In this document: positions 17,865 through 25,717 of the stretch, one piece after another
How the letters are laid out: every line of letters starts with the position of its first letter
How positions within the stretch are numbered: the first letter of the stretch is position 1
Assembly: GCA_045532035.1 (NCBI GenBank)
Contig: JAZSFD010000050.1
Location: 6,751-70,750 of the forward strand
From: Eubacteriales bacterium
GTDB taxonomy: Bacteria; Bacillota; Clostridia; Oscillospirales; CAG-382
Length of the DNA: 64,000 bases
Direction: 5' to 3'
Made by a program: the position numbers and the translations under genes
The notes under the pieces: generated by a model
What the model was told of the DNA's origin: nothing
The model's database searches: none
Seen by the model: the letters and a program-made list of their open reading frames with translations, nothing else

Positions 17865-19244
17865 TCATTCTTCGTCGCCCGACTGCGCCACCTGCATCAT
17901 GACGGCACACTCAATTCGCTTTTTGAAAAGCTCGCAACCGTATTCATAAATGCCGTTCACGCTGCCTGTGGCATGGTACGCGTTGGCGGCGCATCCGCCC
18001 GAGCAATAAAGGCGTGCCCAGCAATCCTTACATTCTTCTCTGGCGTAAGCGTTGCATGAGCGGAACTCGTCCTGAACCTTTTTGTTGGTGACTCCGTCCC
18101 AGATGTTTCCAAGACTGTATTTTTCGTCGCCGACAAACTGATGACAGGGATAAAGCTCGCCCCAGGGGGTGACCGCCATATATTCGGTGCCCGAGCCGCA
18201 GCCGGTGATGCGCTTGTAGATACAGGGGCCGTTTTTCAGGTCAAGCATATAGTGATAGAAGGTGAAGGGTCTTCCCTCTTTTTTGCGCTTTATCATCTCT
18301 TTTGCAAGTATTTCATACTGCTCAAAGAGCTTGGGAAGATCCTCATCCGTCAAAGCATATGGGTCATCGGGAGGACAAACGACAGGCTCCATCGAAAGCT
18401 CTGTGAATCCGAGGTCTGCCATATGGAAAATGTCGTTTGTAAAGTCAACATTCTGATGGGTAAAGGTTCCGCGCATATAATAACCTTTGCCGCCGCGGGC
18501 ATCCACAAGCTTTTTGAACTTGGGAAGTATTCTGTCGTAGCTTCCGTTGCCGGCATAGTCTTTTCTGAAATGGTCATGTACCTCGCGGCGTCCGTCAAGG
18601 CTGAGAACCACATTGCTCATCTCTTTGTTGAGAAAATCGATGACCTCGTCGTCGATAAGCAAGCCGTTTGTGGTAAGGGTAAAGCGGAAATTCTTGTTAT
18701 GCTCCTTTTCGACACTTCTGGCATATGCCACAAGCTGTTTTACCGCATCCCAGTTCATAAGCGGTTCGCCGCCGAAAAAGTCGACCTCGAGATTGCGGCG
18801 GTTGCCGGAATTGGCAACAAGAAAATCAAAAGCCTGCTTTCCGACCTCAAAGCTCATGACTGCCCGATCGCCCTGATATTTTCCCTGGCTTGCAAAGCAA
18901 TAGGAGCAGTTGAGATTGCAGGTGTGCGCCACATGAAGGCACATCGCCTTTATAACATTCGAATTGTTCTTGTAATTATAGGCAAGCTCTTCATATTCAT
19001 CCTTGGAAAAAAGCTTTCCTCTTTCCTCAAGAGCTTCGATATCTCCGATGCATTCGAGAATCTCTTCGCGCGTCACATCGGTAAGCTCCTTGTATTTTTC
19101 AAGCATAGCGGACACGATCTCTTCCTGCGACGAAGTCTTATACATCGAAATGATGTCATACGCCACCTCATCCACCGTGTGCACCGAGCCCGAGCAGGTG
19201 TCGAGCACGATATTGTAGCCGCCAAGTTTATACTGATGTACCAT
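17865..19244 (-). CDS. scfB: Radical SAM/SPASM thioether cross-link-forming SCIFF peptide maturase
   Basis: 459 aa. Has the CNLNCSYC radical SAM cluster motif and a C-terminal SPASM Cys-rich region (CGSG...CHQF...CKDCWARLYCSGGCAANA). It sits immediately downstream of a SCIFF precursor gene. Confidence 0.9.
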   Translation of the reverse strand: MVHQYKLGGYNIVLDTCSGSVHTVDEVAYDIISMYKTSSQEEIVSAMLEKYKELTDVTREEILECIGDIEALEERGKLFSKDEYEELAYNYKNNSNVIKAMCLHVAHTCNLNCSYCFASQGKYQGDRAVMSFEVGKQAFDFLVANSGNRRNLEVDFFGGEPLMNWDAVKQLVAYARSVEKEHNKNFRFTLTTNGLLIDDEVIDFLNKEMSNVVLSLDGRREVHDHFRKDYAGNGSYDRILPKFKKLVDARGGKGYYMRGTFTHQNVDFTNDIFHMADLGFTELSMEPVVCPPDDPYALTDEDLPKLFEQYEILAKEMIKRKKEGRPFTFYHYMLDLKNGPCIYKRITGCGSGTEYMAVTPWGELYPCHQFVGDEKYSLGNIWDGVTNKKVQDEFRSCNAYAREECKDCWARLYCSGGCAANAYHATGSVNGIYEYGCELFKKRIECAVMMQVAQSGDEE

Positions 19245-19329
19245 GATTACCTCTTAAAAATGTATGTAATAATACGAAACGCTGTCCTTTCGTCAAAAAA
19301 GACAGCGTTCTTATCAGAAAAACCAATAA

Positions 19330-19476
19330 TTATTTATTCTGATTTTCGCATTGCTGGTTTGCAACGCCGCAAGAAGTCTTGCAAGCCGACTGGCAGGATG
19401 TCTGGCATTCGCCGCAGCCGCCGTTCTTAACAGTCTTTGCAATGTCCTTTGTTTCGATGGTCTTGATTCTGCTCAT
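19330..19476 (-). CDS. scfA: SCIFF (six-cysteines-in-forty-five) ribosomal peptide precursor
   Basis: 48 aa: MSRIKTIETKDIAKTVKNGGCGECQTSCQSACKTSCGVANQQCENQNK. The GGCGECQTSCQSACKTSC core is the SCIFF signature. GGAGG lies 8 nt upstream of the ATG at 19476. The track ORF (from 19518) carries a 14-aa false extension. Confidence 0.92.
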   Translation of the reverse strand: MSRIKTIETKDIAKTVKNGGCGECQTSCQSACKTSCGVANQQCENQNK

Positions 19477-19600
19477 GGATAAAACCTCCGTTTCATAATT
19501 TGTATAAGCAAAAAACACTTATCATCATGGCTTATTATATCACAACAAAAATCGCTTGTCAATAGGAATAAAAGCTGTGACAAAACTTTTTGCGGTATAT

Positions 19601-20410
19601 TTATTCGCTCTCTTTTCCGAGCCTTCTGCCGAATTCAAAGCCGATTATGGCGCAGGTGGAGGCTGTGGGAAGCGAGAACTTTGCGTCAGAAAAATAGGGG
19701 ATGCTGACGATGTCGTCACAGTTTTTCACAAAATCGGGAGAAATCCCACGCTTTTCACCGCCCACAAAAAGAACTGCAGGAAAGGTCGGTTCAAAATCAA
19801 AAAGCTCTGTGCAATCGGCAGTTTTTGCGGCACAAACTGTCGAAAAGCCCGCCTTTTTAAGCATTTTCATGAAATCGACATGGTCTTTTTCGCTCGTCAT
19901 CTCGGGCATGACCGCAATGTCGCACATTTCTGTTGCTCCTGCCGATGACCTTGCGCAGACTCCTGCCGCCGACATCCAGTTTCGGCGCGGGACAATGATA
20001 CCCGTCGCCCCTGCCGCATAAAGATTTCTGACCGAATATCCGAAATTGAAAGGATCCTCGACCCCGTCAAGAAGTGCGGCAAATCCGCCTTTTTTGGCAA
20101 TTTTTGCAAGAAGCTCGTCAATCGGTGTGAAGCGTCTTTCTCCGCAGACCGCGGCGATTCCCCCATGGGAGGAGCCTGCGTCATCGTTTTTTTCAAGGAA
20201 AGCGTCAATGACCTGTCTTTCGCATATTTCGGCGGTGATTCCCTCATCCTTCAGAAGCTTCAGGAAGGACAAAACCTTTCTGTCACGCTTTCTGACCTTT
20301 TCGGCATCCACATAGCAAAGATCTATCCTGCGGCTTTTATACTTTATTGCAGCGCTTACAGAGATGATTCCCTCAAGGATACAAACGCCGTCATTTCCGG
20401 AGAAAGTCAT
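19601..20410 (-). CDS. TrmH/SpoU family RNA 2'-O-methyltransferase
   Basis: 269 aa. Reads LDGVEDPFNFGYSVRNLYAAGATGIIV...LFVGGEKRGIS...IPY...SLPTASTCAII. Confidence 0.85.
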   Translation of the reverse strand: MTFSGNDGVCILEGIISVSAAIKYKSRRIDLCYVDAEKVRKRDRKVLSFLKLLKDEGITAEICERQVIDAFLEKNDDAGSSHGGIAAVCGERRFTPIDELLAKIAKKGGFAALLDGVEDPFNFGYSVRNLYAAGATGIIVPRRNWMSAAGVCARSSAGATEMCDIAVMPEMTSEKDHVDFMKMLKKAGFSTVCAAKTADCTELFDFEPTFPAVLFVGGEKRGISPDFVKNCDDIVSIPYFSDAKFSLPTASTCAIIGFEFGRRLGKESE

Positions 20411-21228
20411 TGCTGGTTCTCCGTTTCGGGAGCTTCCGCGGAGGGCTCTTCAATAAAGATCACTCCGTCGCGGAAGGTACCCTCATATTTTCTTGCGTTA
20501 GGCGCAGGCCATGTATAAACGCCCTTGCCATGCTTCTTGTTGTTTTTGAATTCACCCACATAGGTTTCGCCGTTGGCATAAACATATGTACCCGAACCCT
20601 CACGCAGATCGTTTACAAATTCGCCTGTGTATTTATCACCGTTTGCATAGGTGATGCTTCCGGTGCCGTTTTTCATATCGTCGGCATATTCTCCGACATA
20701 TGTCGTGCCGTCAGCGCTTTTGTAAGTGCCCGAGCCGTGCTTTTTGTTGGCAACAAAGCCACCTGTGTATACCGAGCCGTCGCTCCAGGTAAATGTGCCC
20801 TCGCCTTCTTTTTTGCCGTTTACGAAATCGCCCTCATAGGTGTCGCCGAATGCAGTCTTGAGAAAGCCTTTTCCGTTTATGATATCGTTTTCAAATTCAC
20901 CGTCATAAACCTCGCCGTCGACAAGAGTAAGAACTCCTTTTCCGTGGCGGTAAAAGCCCGAAAACTCACCGTAATAGCTGTCTCCGTTTTCGTATTCAAT
21001 GGTGCCGAGCGTTCTGTCGAGCTTTGCTTTTTTGCCGTCGGGAAAGACAAGCGTTCCACTGACCACAATGCCGTCGGAGGTCTTCCCGTAAAACTTTGTG
21101 CCGTTATCGGCAACGATATATCTGAAGCCGAGAATATTGATGACAATGCCTGCCACGGCAAGCAGCACAAGAGCCGCCGCAATCACTGCAAGCCAGATAT
21201 TCAGCTTCATTTTTACACTTCTTCTCAT
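20407..21228 (-). CDS. Membrane-anchored MORN repeat protein
   Basis: 273 aa. An N-terminal TM helix is followed by about 8 tandem YxGEFxxxxxxGxG MORN-type repeats, for example YEGDFVNGKKEGEGTFTWSDGSVYTGGFVANKKHGSG. Confidence 0.85.
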   Translation of the reverse strand: MRRSVKMKLNIWLAVIAAALVLLAVAGIVINILGFRYIVADNGTKFYGKTSDGIVVSGTLVFPDGKKAKLDRTLGTIEYENGDSYYGEFSGFYRHGKGVLTLVDGEVYDGEFENDIINGKGFLKTAFGDTYEGDFVNGKKEGEGTFTWSDGSVYTGGFVANKKHGSGTYKSADGTTYVGEYADDMKNGTGSITYANGDKYTGEFVNDLREGSGTYVYANGETYVGEFKNNKKHGKGVYTWPAPNARKYEGTFRDGVIFIEEPSAEAPETENQQ

Positions 21229-21857
21229 TTTTCCTCACTCTCCGGAAGAGCTTCTTCCGTCCGTTCATTCTCCGGATCTGCTTTTTCCTCGGCCTCGGGA
21301 AGAGCCGGCTGTGTATCCTCAACATATCCGTAATCATCGGTGAGCTCTTCTTTTTCGCCGCCCGTACCCATGAGCGAATTATATTTGTCAATAAACCAGG
21401 GCAGGAACGAAACTATGAGTATCGCAGCCGCAAGAAGCGCGGCTGTCGCAATAGCAAGGGTCTTCAGATCCGTTCCCTTGCCGTCGTATCTTACCTCAGC
21501 AACGATACGCTTGTCCTCGGGGACATAATATCTCTGCTCTGTCTCTGCCGCCTCAGCCTTCACAAAAAGCTGGTCACGGTGCTTTTTTTCAACCTCTTTT
21601 TCCTCATATACCGCAAAGATGTGCTTGCGAAGACCCGAGCCTTTGCGCAGAGCAAAGCTTGCAAAGGAGCGCTTCAGCTTTGTGCCGTATCCGATCTGCG
21701 AAAGGGCTTTCGCGCTGTTTTCGTCCTGTGCCTCCTGCGAGATAAAAGCCCGCAGGATATCTCCGAGCAATCTTCTCTGATAATAGGCATAAAACGAACC
21801 GAACAGCACACCGAAAAATACCACCCAGACAATGACCGACAATGTCTCTTGTGTCAT
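21225..21857 (-). CDS. Hypothetical membrane protein (two TM helices, acidic C-terminal tail)
   Basis: 210 aa. The hydrophobic segments are VIVWVVFFGVLFGSFYAY and LAIATAALLAAAILIVSFL. It has a 4-nt overlap with the MORN gene and starts 23 nt after parB. I recognise no family. Confidence 0.6.
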   Translation of the reverse strand: MTQETLSVIVWVVFFGVLFGSFYAYYQRRLLGDILRAFISQEAQDENSAKALSQIGYGTKLKRSFASFALRKGSGLRKHIFAVYEEKEVEKKHRDQLFVKAEAAETEQRYYVPEDKRIVAEVRYDGKGTDLKTLAIATAALLAAAILIVSFLPWFIDKYNSLMGTGGEKEELTDDYGYVEDTQPALPEAEEKADPENERTEEALPESEEK

Positions 21858-21880
21858 GTTTTCCGCCTCCGAAAATTTTA

Positions 21881-22828
21881 TCAGTCCTCAAAAATATCGC
21901 CGCAAAGTGCGCCTATCAGCTTTTCAAGGTCTGTGTTGTCGTAATATTCAAGCTCAAGCTTTCCGCCCTTTTCGCCCTTTTTGTTCATGACGATCTTTGC
22001 CTTTCTGCCAAGCTTTGAACTCATATTTTCCTCAAGCTTGCCGATATATGCCGCGGCAGACTTATCGACAGAAGCTTCCTTTTTCTTTGTCTTGGGAGAG
22101 TTGAGCTGGGCATAGATAAGCTTTGCCAGCCGCTCGGTCTCTCTTACCGAAAGGCATTTTGACACAACCGTCTGCGCCGCATCATCGATCTCTTTTGCGT
22201 TTCCGATTGAAAGCAGAGCTCTTGCGTGTCCTGCAGAAATCTCACCCTTTTCGAGAAGAGAAAGGGTTTTTTCGGGCAGTGCCAGAAGTCTCAGCGAGTT
22301 TGTGAGCGCGGGACGGGAAATGCCGACGATCTGCGCCGTTTCCTCCTGGGTAAGCTCAAATTCTTCAAGAAGTCTTTTGAGACCGCGCGCCTGCTCGACC
22401 GAGTTCAGATCCTCTCTCTGCAGATTTTCGACAAGCATGATCGCCGCCGCCTCGTGATCTGTCATTTCCTTGATGATAACAGGAACCTCAGTAAGCCCCG
22501 CCATTTTCGCCGCGCGCCATCTGCGCTCGCCCGCAACGATGCGGTACTTGTTTCCGAGTATTTTGGAAACAGCATCACCGTCATCGGTCACACCCTCAGG
22601 CTTTCTTACCACGATAGGCTGAAGAATGCCGTGGGTCGATATGGAATCGGCAAGCGAGGACAGAGCCTCGGGCTCGAAGGTTTTTCTCGGCTGATTCTTG
22701 TCGGGCTCGATGTCCGAAAGTCTTAATGTTACGATATTTCCTGCCTTTTCCTGTGCGCCAGCCGCGTCGAACTGAGCTTCGCTGAAAAGTGCGTCAAGTC
22801 CCTTTCCGAGACCGCCTTTTTTTGCCAT
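21881..22828 (-). CDS. parB: ParB/Spo0J family chromosome partitioning protein
   Basis: 315 aa. Reads MAKKGGLGKGLDALF...LQPIVV...YRIVAGERRWRAAKMAGL...LVENLQREDLN. The HTH reads ELTQEETAQIVGISRPALTNSLRLL. There is no parA in the window. Confidence 0.93.
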   Translation of the reverse strand: MAKKGGLGKGLDALFSEAQFDAAGAQEKAGNIVTLRLSDIEPDKNQPRKTFEPEALSSLADSISTHGILQPIVVRKPEGVTDDGDAVSKILGNKYRIVAGERRWRAAKMAGLTEVPVIIKEMTDHEAAAIMLVENLQREDLNSVEQARGLKRLLEEFELTQEETAQIVGISRPALTNSLRLLALPEKTLSLLEKGEISAGHARALLSIGNAKEIDDAAQTVVSKCLSVRETERLAKLIYAQLNSPKTKKKEASVDKSAAAYIGKLEENMSSKLGRKAKIVMNKKGEKGGKLELEYYDNTDLEKLIGALCGDIFED

Positions 22829-23029
22829 ATTTCGTCTGCCTTTCCGTGTATGTCGACGGCGTTCCGCAAAGCCTGAGCGCCGTTGTGGATGAATATACTT
22901 ACATATTTATAGAAGTATATCATGCATTTATGAACTTGCTGTTAAAATAAGCGCGTCGGACAAGCTCATCGGAATTTTTTATAAAAAGATATTTTTGGGT
23001 AATAATTATGTTAAATAACGAACGAAAGG

Positions 23030-23497
23030 ATGATATTTACGGACAAACGCAATTACAGCGAGAAGGAGAAAAAACAGTTTCGGAAATTTGCCGATTCCCA
23101 CGCGCCGAAAAGAAATCTTTTTGCCGACTGCGCCATAGCTTTCCTTGCGGGAGGCGCCATATGCACGCTGGGTCAAGGGCTCTTTGGGCTTTACTCGTCA
23201 TATATTTCGGAGGATAACGCCAAAGCCCTTGTTTCGGTCAGCCTCATTTTTCTGGCCTGCCTTTTTACGGGATTGGGGGTTTATGACACCATTGCCAAAA
23301 AAGCAGGTGCAGGAACTCTTGTCCCCATAACAGGCTTTGCCAACGCCGTCTGCTCTCCCGCCATCGATTCAAAAGCCGAAGGTTTCATATTTGGCACAGG
23401 CTCCAAAATGTTTGTTATCGCAGGGCCTGTTATCGTTTACGGCACGGCGGCAAGCGTAGTCTACGGAGTAATATACTGGGCAAGCACCGCTCTTTGA
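23030..23497 (+). CDS. spoVAC: Stage V sporulation protein AC
   Basis: 155 aa. Reads AFLAGGAICTLGQGL...GAGTLVPITGFANAVCSPAID...GPVIVYG. The RBS spacing is poor, so the start is slightly uncertain. Confidence 0.88.
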   Translation: MIFTDKRNYSEKEKKQFRKFADSHAPKRNLFADCAIAFLAGGAICTLGQGLFGLYSSYISEDNAKALVSVSLIFLACLFTGLGVYDTIAKKAGAGTLVPITGFANAVCSPAIDSKAEGFIFGTGSKMFVIAGPVIVYGTAASVVYGVIYWASTAL

Positions 23498-23543
23498 TGG
23501 AAGAATTTCTTGCTTTGACAAATAATATTCACAATAGATGTAA

Positions 23544-23572
23544 TTGACAAGCGGCAGAAAATGTGATAGAAT
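23544..23572 (+). promoter_or_regulatory. Sigma-A type promoter of the hemolysin III family gene
   Basis: TTGACA (23544-23549), a 17-nt spacer, then TAGAAT (23567-23572), with an extended -10 TGA just before the hexamer. Confidence 0.65.
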
Positions 23573-23611
23573 GATACCGACAAAAGATTACGGAAAGGAG
23601 AAAAACTCCAA

Positions 23612-24304
23612 ATGCTTCTGAAACGCACAAAGCTTTCCGACAGAGTCCTTCCCGATTATACCCGCGGCGAGGAGATCTTCAACATGGTATCGCACATTGT
23701 CGGCGGAGCGTTGGGTATTGCAATATTTGCGCTGTGTGTCGTCTTTTCTTTTATCGGTGGAGATCCGTACAGCATAGTTTCCTCTTTTATCTACGGCTTT
23801 TCGGTGGTACTTCTTTTCACCATGTCAAGCATTTACCACGGGCTCACCACCGACACTTCAAAAAAGGTCATGCAGATACTTGACCACTGCACTATTTTCA
23901 TTCTCATTGCCGGCACATACACCCCCTTTTCGCTTGTTTCCATCCGCGAGCAGAACACGGCGGTGGGCTGGGTTCTCTTCGGTATCGTCTGGGGAGTTGC
24001 CATCATCGGCATTGTGCTCAACGCAATCGATCTCAAGAGCTTCAAAAAGTTCTCGCTCATTCTTTATGTGGCGCTGGGCTGGTGCATCATCTTCACCCTC
24101 AAGCTTCTGATCAAAGGCATCGGCATCAGCGGCTTTATCTATCTCATCACCGGCGGTATCGCCTACACTGTCGGCGCCGTCATCTATGGTGTTTCGGGCA
24201 AGGGAAAGCACAAAAAATATATGCACTCGATCTTCCACCTCTTTGTGGTGGTGGCGGCGGTGCTTCAGTTTTTCAGCATTTTCTTCTATGCCATCAACCG
24301 CTAA
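23612..24304 (+). CDS. Hemolysin III / PAQR family membrane protein
   Basis: 230 aa with seven predicted TM helices. Has the SSIYHG...LDHCTIFILIAGTYTPF...HSIFHLFVV signature. Confidence 0.92.
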   Translation: MLLKRTKLSDRVLPDYTRGEEIFNMVSHIVGGALGIAIFALCVVFSFIGGDPYSIVSSFIYGFSVVLLFTMSSIYHGLTTDTSKKVMQILDHCTIFILIAGTYTPFSLVSIREQNTAVGWVLFGIVWGVAIIGIVLNAIDLKSFKKFSLILYVALGWCIIFTLKLLIKGIGISGFIYLITGGIAYTVGAVIYGVSGKGKHKKYMHSIFHLFVVVAAVLQFFSIFFYAINR

Positions 24305-24319
24305 GCTTCAAAAGACTTC

Positions 24320-24356
24320 TCCCGGAAAAGCATTCTTGCTTTTCCGGGATTTTTTT
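24320..24356 (+). terminator. Rho-independent terminator
   Basis: A 13-bp stem tcccggaaaagca/tgcttttccggga with a 4-nt loop is followed by T7. Confidence 0.85.
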
Positions 24357-24423
24357 GCGCTTGATTTTTTATCATAATTATGATATAATCAGTTAGTTAT
24401 TATGTGCAAAAGGAGGCAATTCA

Positions 24424-24804
24424 ATGGCTCTTCAGGAATCGGGAGAAATGTATCTCGAAACGATATATGTCCTTTCAAAAGAAATGTCCGGGGTGCGCTC
24501 TGTTGACATCGGAGCTCACATGGGATATTCAAAGCCCAGCGTCAGCCGCGCTGTGGGACTTTTGAAAAACGGCAGCTTCATCAATGTTGACAAGGATGGA
24601 TATATCACTCTTACCGACAGCGGAAAAGAGATTGCCGAAAAGATCTATGACCGTCACACCACTCTCACAAGACTTCTCATGCTCATGGGTGTGGACAAAA
24701 AAATCGCAACCGAAGATGCCTGCAAGCTTGAGCACGACCTCAGCGACGAATCCTTCAAGGCCATAAAAGCACATCTTCTGAAATACGAGGAAGCAAAAAA
24801 CTGA
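24424..24804 (+). CDS. DtxR/MntR family metal-dependent transcriptional repressor
   Basis: 126 aa. Reads MYLETIYVL...VRSVDIGAHMGYSKPSVSRAV..L...G......D.....LT..G. Confidence 0.9.
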   Translation: MALQESGEMYLETIYVLSKEMSGVRSVDIGAHMGYSKPSVSRAVGLLKNGSFINVDKDGYITLTDSGKEIAEKIYDRHTTLTRLLMLMGVDKKIATEDACKLEHDLSDESFKAIKAHLLKYEEAKN

Positions 24805-24823
24805 TTTTTGAGAGGATAAAAGA

Positions 24824-25717
24824 ATGGAAAAAATCAACATTCTCTACAATCCCCACGCCGGTAACGGAAACGGCGAAAGCTTTGCAAAAAATCTTCTTGA
24901 ATTCTATGACGGAAAAAAGCTTGATTTTGTCGACATGACAAAGATTGCAAGCTACAAAGATTTCCTTTCCTCGCTTGATGCCGACGAAAAGCTCGTCGTG
25001 GCAGGCGGCGACGGAACTCTCCACCGTTTTGTCAATGACATCTATGACATCGAACGCAAAAACGACATATATTATTACGCCGCAGGCAGCGGAAACGATT
25101 TTCTTGTTGACCTCGGTATGAGAAAGGGCGCAGAGCCATTTCTCATCAACAAATACATAGAAAAGCTGCCCCTTGCGACTGTCGGCGGCAAAAGCTTCCG
25201 ATTTCTTAACAACATGAGCTTCGGAATCGACGGCTATTGCTGTGAGGAGGGCGACAGGGTGCGCCAGAAAACCACAAAGCCTGTCAACTACACTTCTATT
25301 GCCATCAAGGGTCTGCTTTTCAAATACCGCCCCACAAACGCAAGGATAACTCTTGACGGCGTGACATATGAATACGAAAAAGTCTGGCTTGCCCCCGCCA
25401 TGAACGGAAGATTTTGCGGCGGCGGAATGATGCTGGCTCCCAATCAGGACAGGCTGGCACAGGACAGAAAGCTTTCATTTCTTATCATGTACGGTGCAGG
25501 CAGTCTGAAAACCCTTACCATGTTCCCCTCTGTTTTCACGGGAACTCAGGAAAAATACAAAAAATATGTCAAGATCGTCACCGCCAAGAGCATTTCTGTC
25601 GAATTTGACCGTCCCGTGGCGGCGCAGATCGACGGTGAGACAATTCTTAATGTCACAAGATATGACGCTGTCACCCACGATCTTGTGCCGAAAGCGCAGG
25701 CACAGGCGACAAGATGA
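24824..25717 (+). CDS. Diacylglycerol/lipid kinase family protein (YegS/DagK-like)
   Basis: 297 aa. Reads ILYNPHAGNGNG...VVAGGDGTLHRFVN...AAGSGNDFL. Confidence 0.88.
   Translation: MEKINILYNPHAGNGNGESFAKNLLEFYDGKKLDFVDMTKIASYKDFLSSLDADEKLVVAGGDGTLHRFVNDIYDIERKNDIYYYAAGSGNDFLVDLGMRKGAEPFLINKYIEKLPLATVGGKSFRFLNNMSFGIDGYCCEEGDRVRQKTTKPVNYTSIAIKGLLFKYRPTNARITLDGVTYEYEKVWLAPAMNGRFCGGGMMLAPNQDRLAQDRKLSFLIMYGAGSLKTLTMFPSVFTGTQEKYKKYVKIVTAKSISVEFDRPVAAQIDGETILNVTRYDAVTHDLVPKAQAQATR

Noticed and set aside
18141-19430. A 429-aa plus-strand ORF lies opposite scfB and scfA.
   Set aside because: It is antisense to a radical SAM/SPASM protein that has intact cluster motifs. Its composition is implausible and it has no RBS.
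19477-19518. The track gives the SCIFF ORF a 14-codon N-terminal extension (MFFAYTNYETEVLS).
   Set aside because: GGAGG sits 8 nt before the internal ATG at 19476, and SCIFF precursors start at that position (M..IKT...). The extension would include the RBS.
20410-21333. A 307-aa plus-strand ORF lies opposite the MORN-repeat gene. Similar antisense ORFs occur at 3875-4717, 27590-28396, 34192-34869, 56167-57039, 59071-59997 and 60698-61450.
   Set aside because: All are antisense shadows of genes with recognisable products, and none has a convincing RBS or motif.
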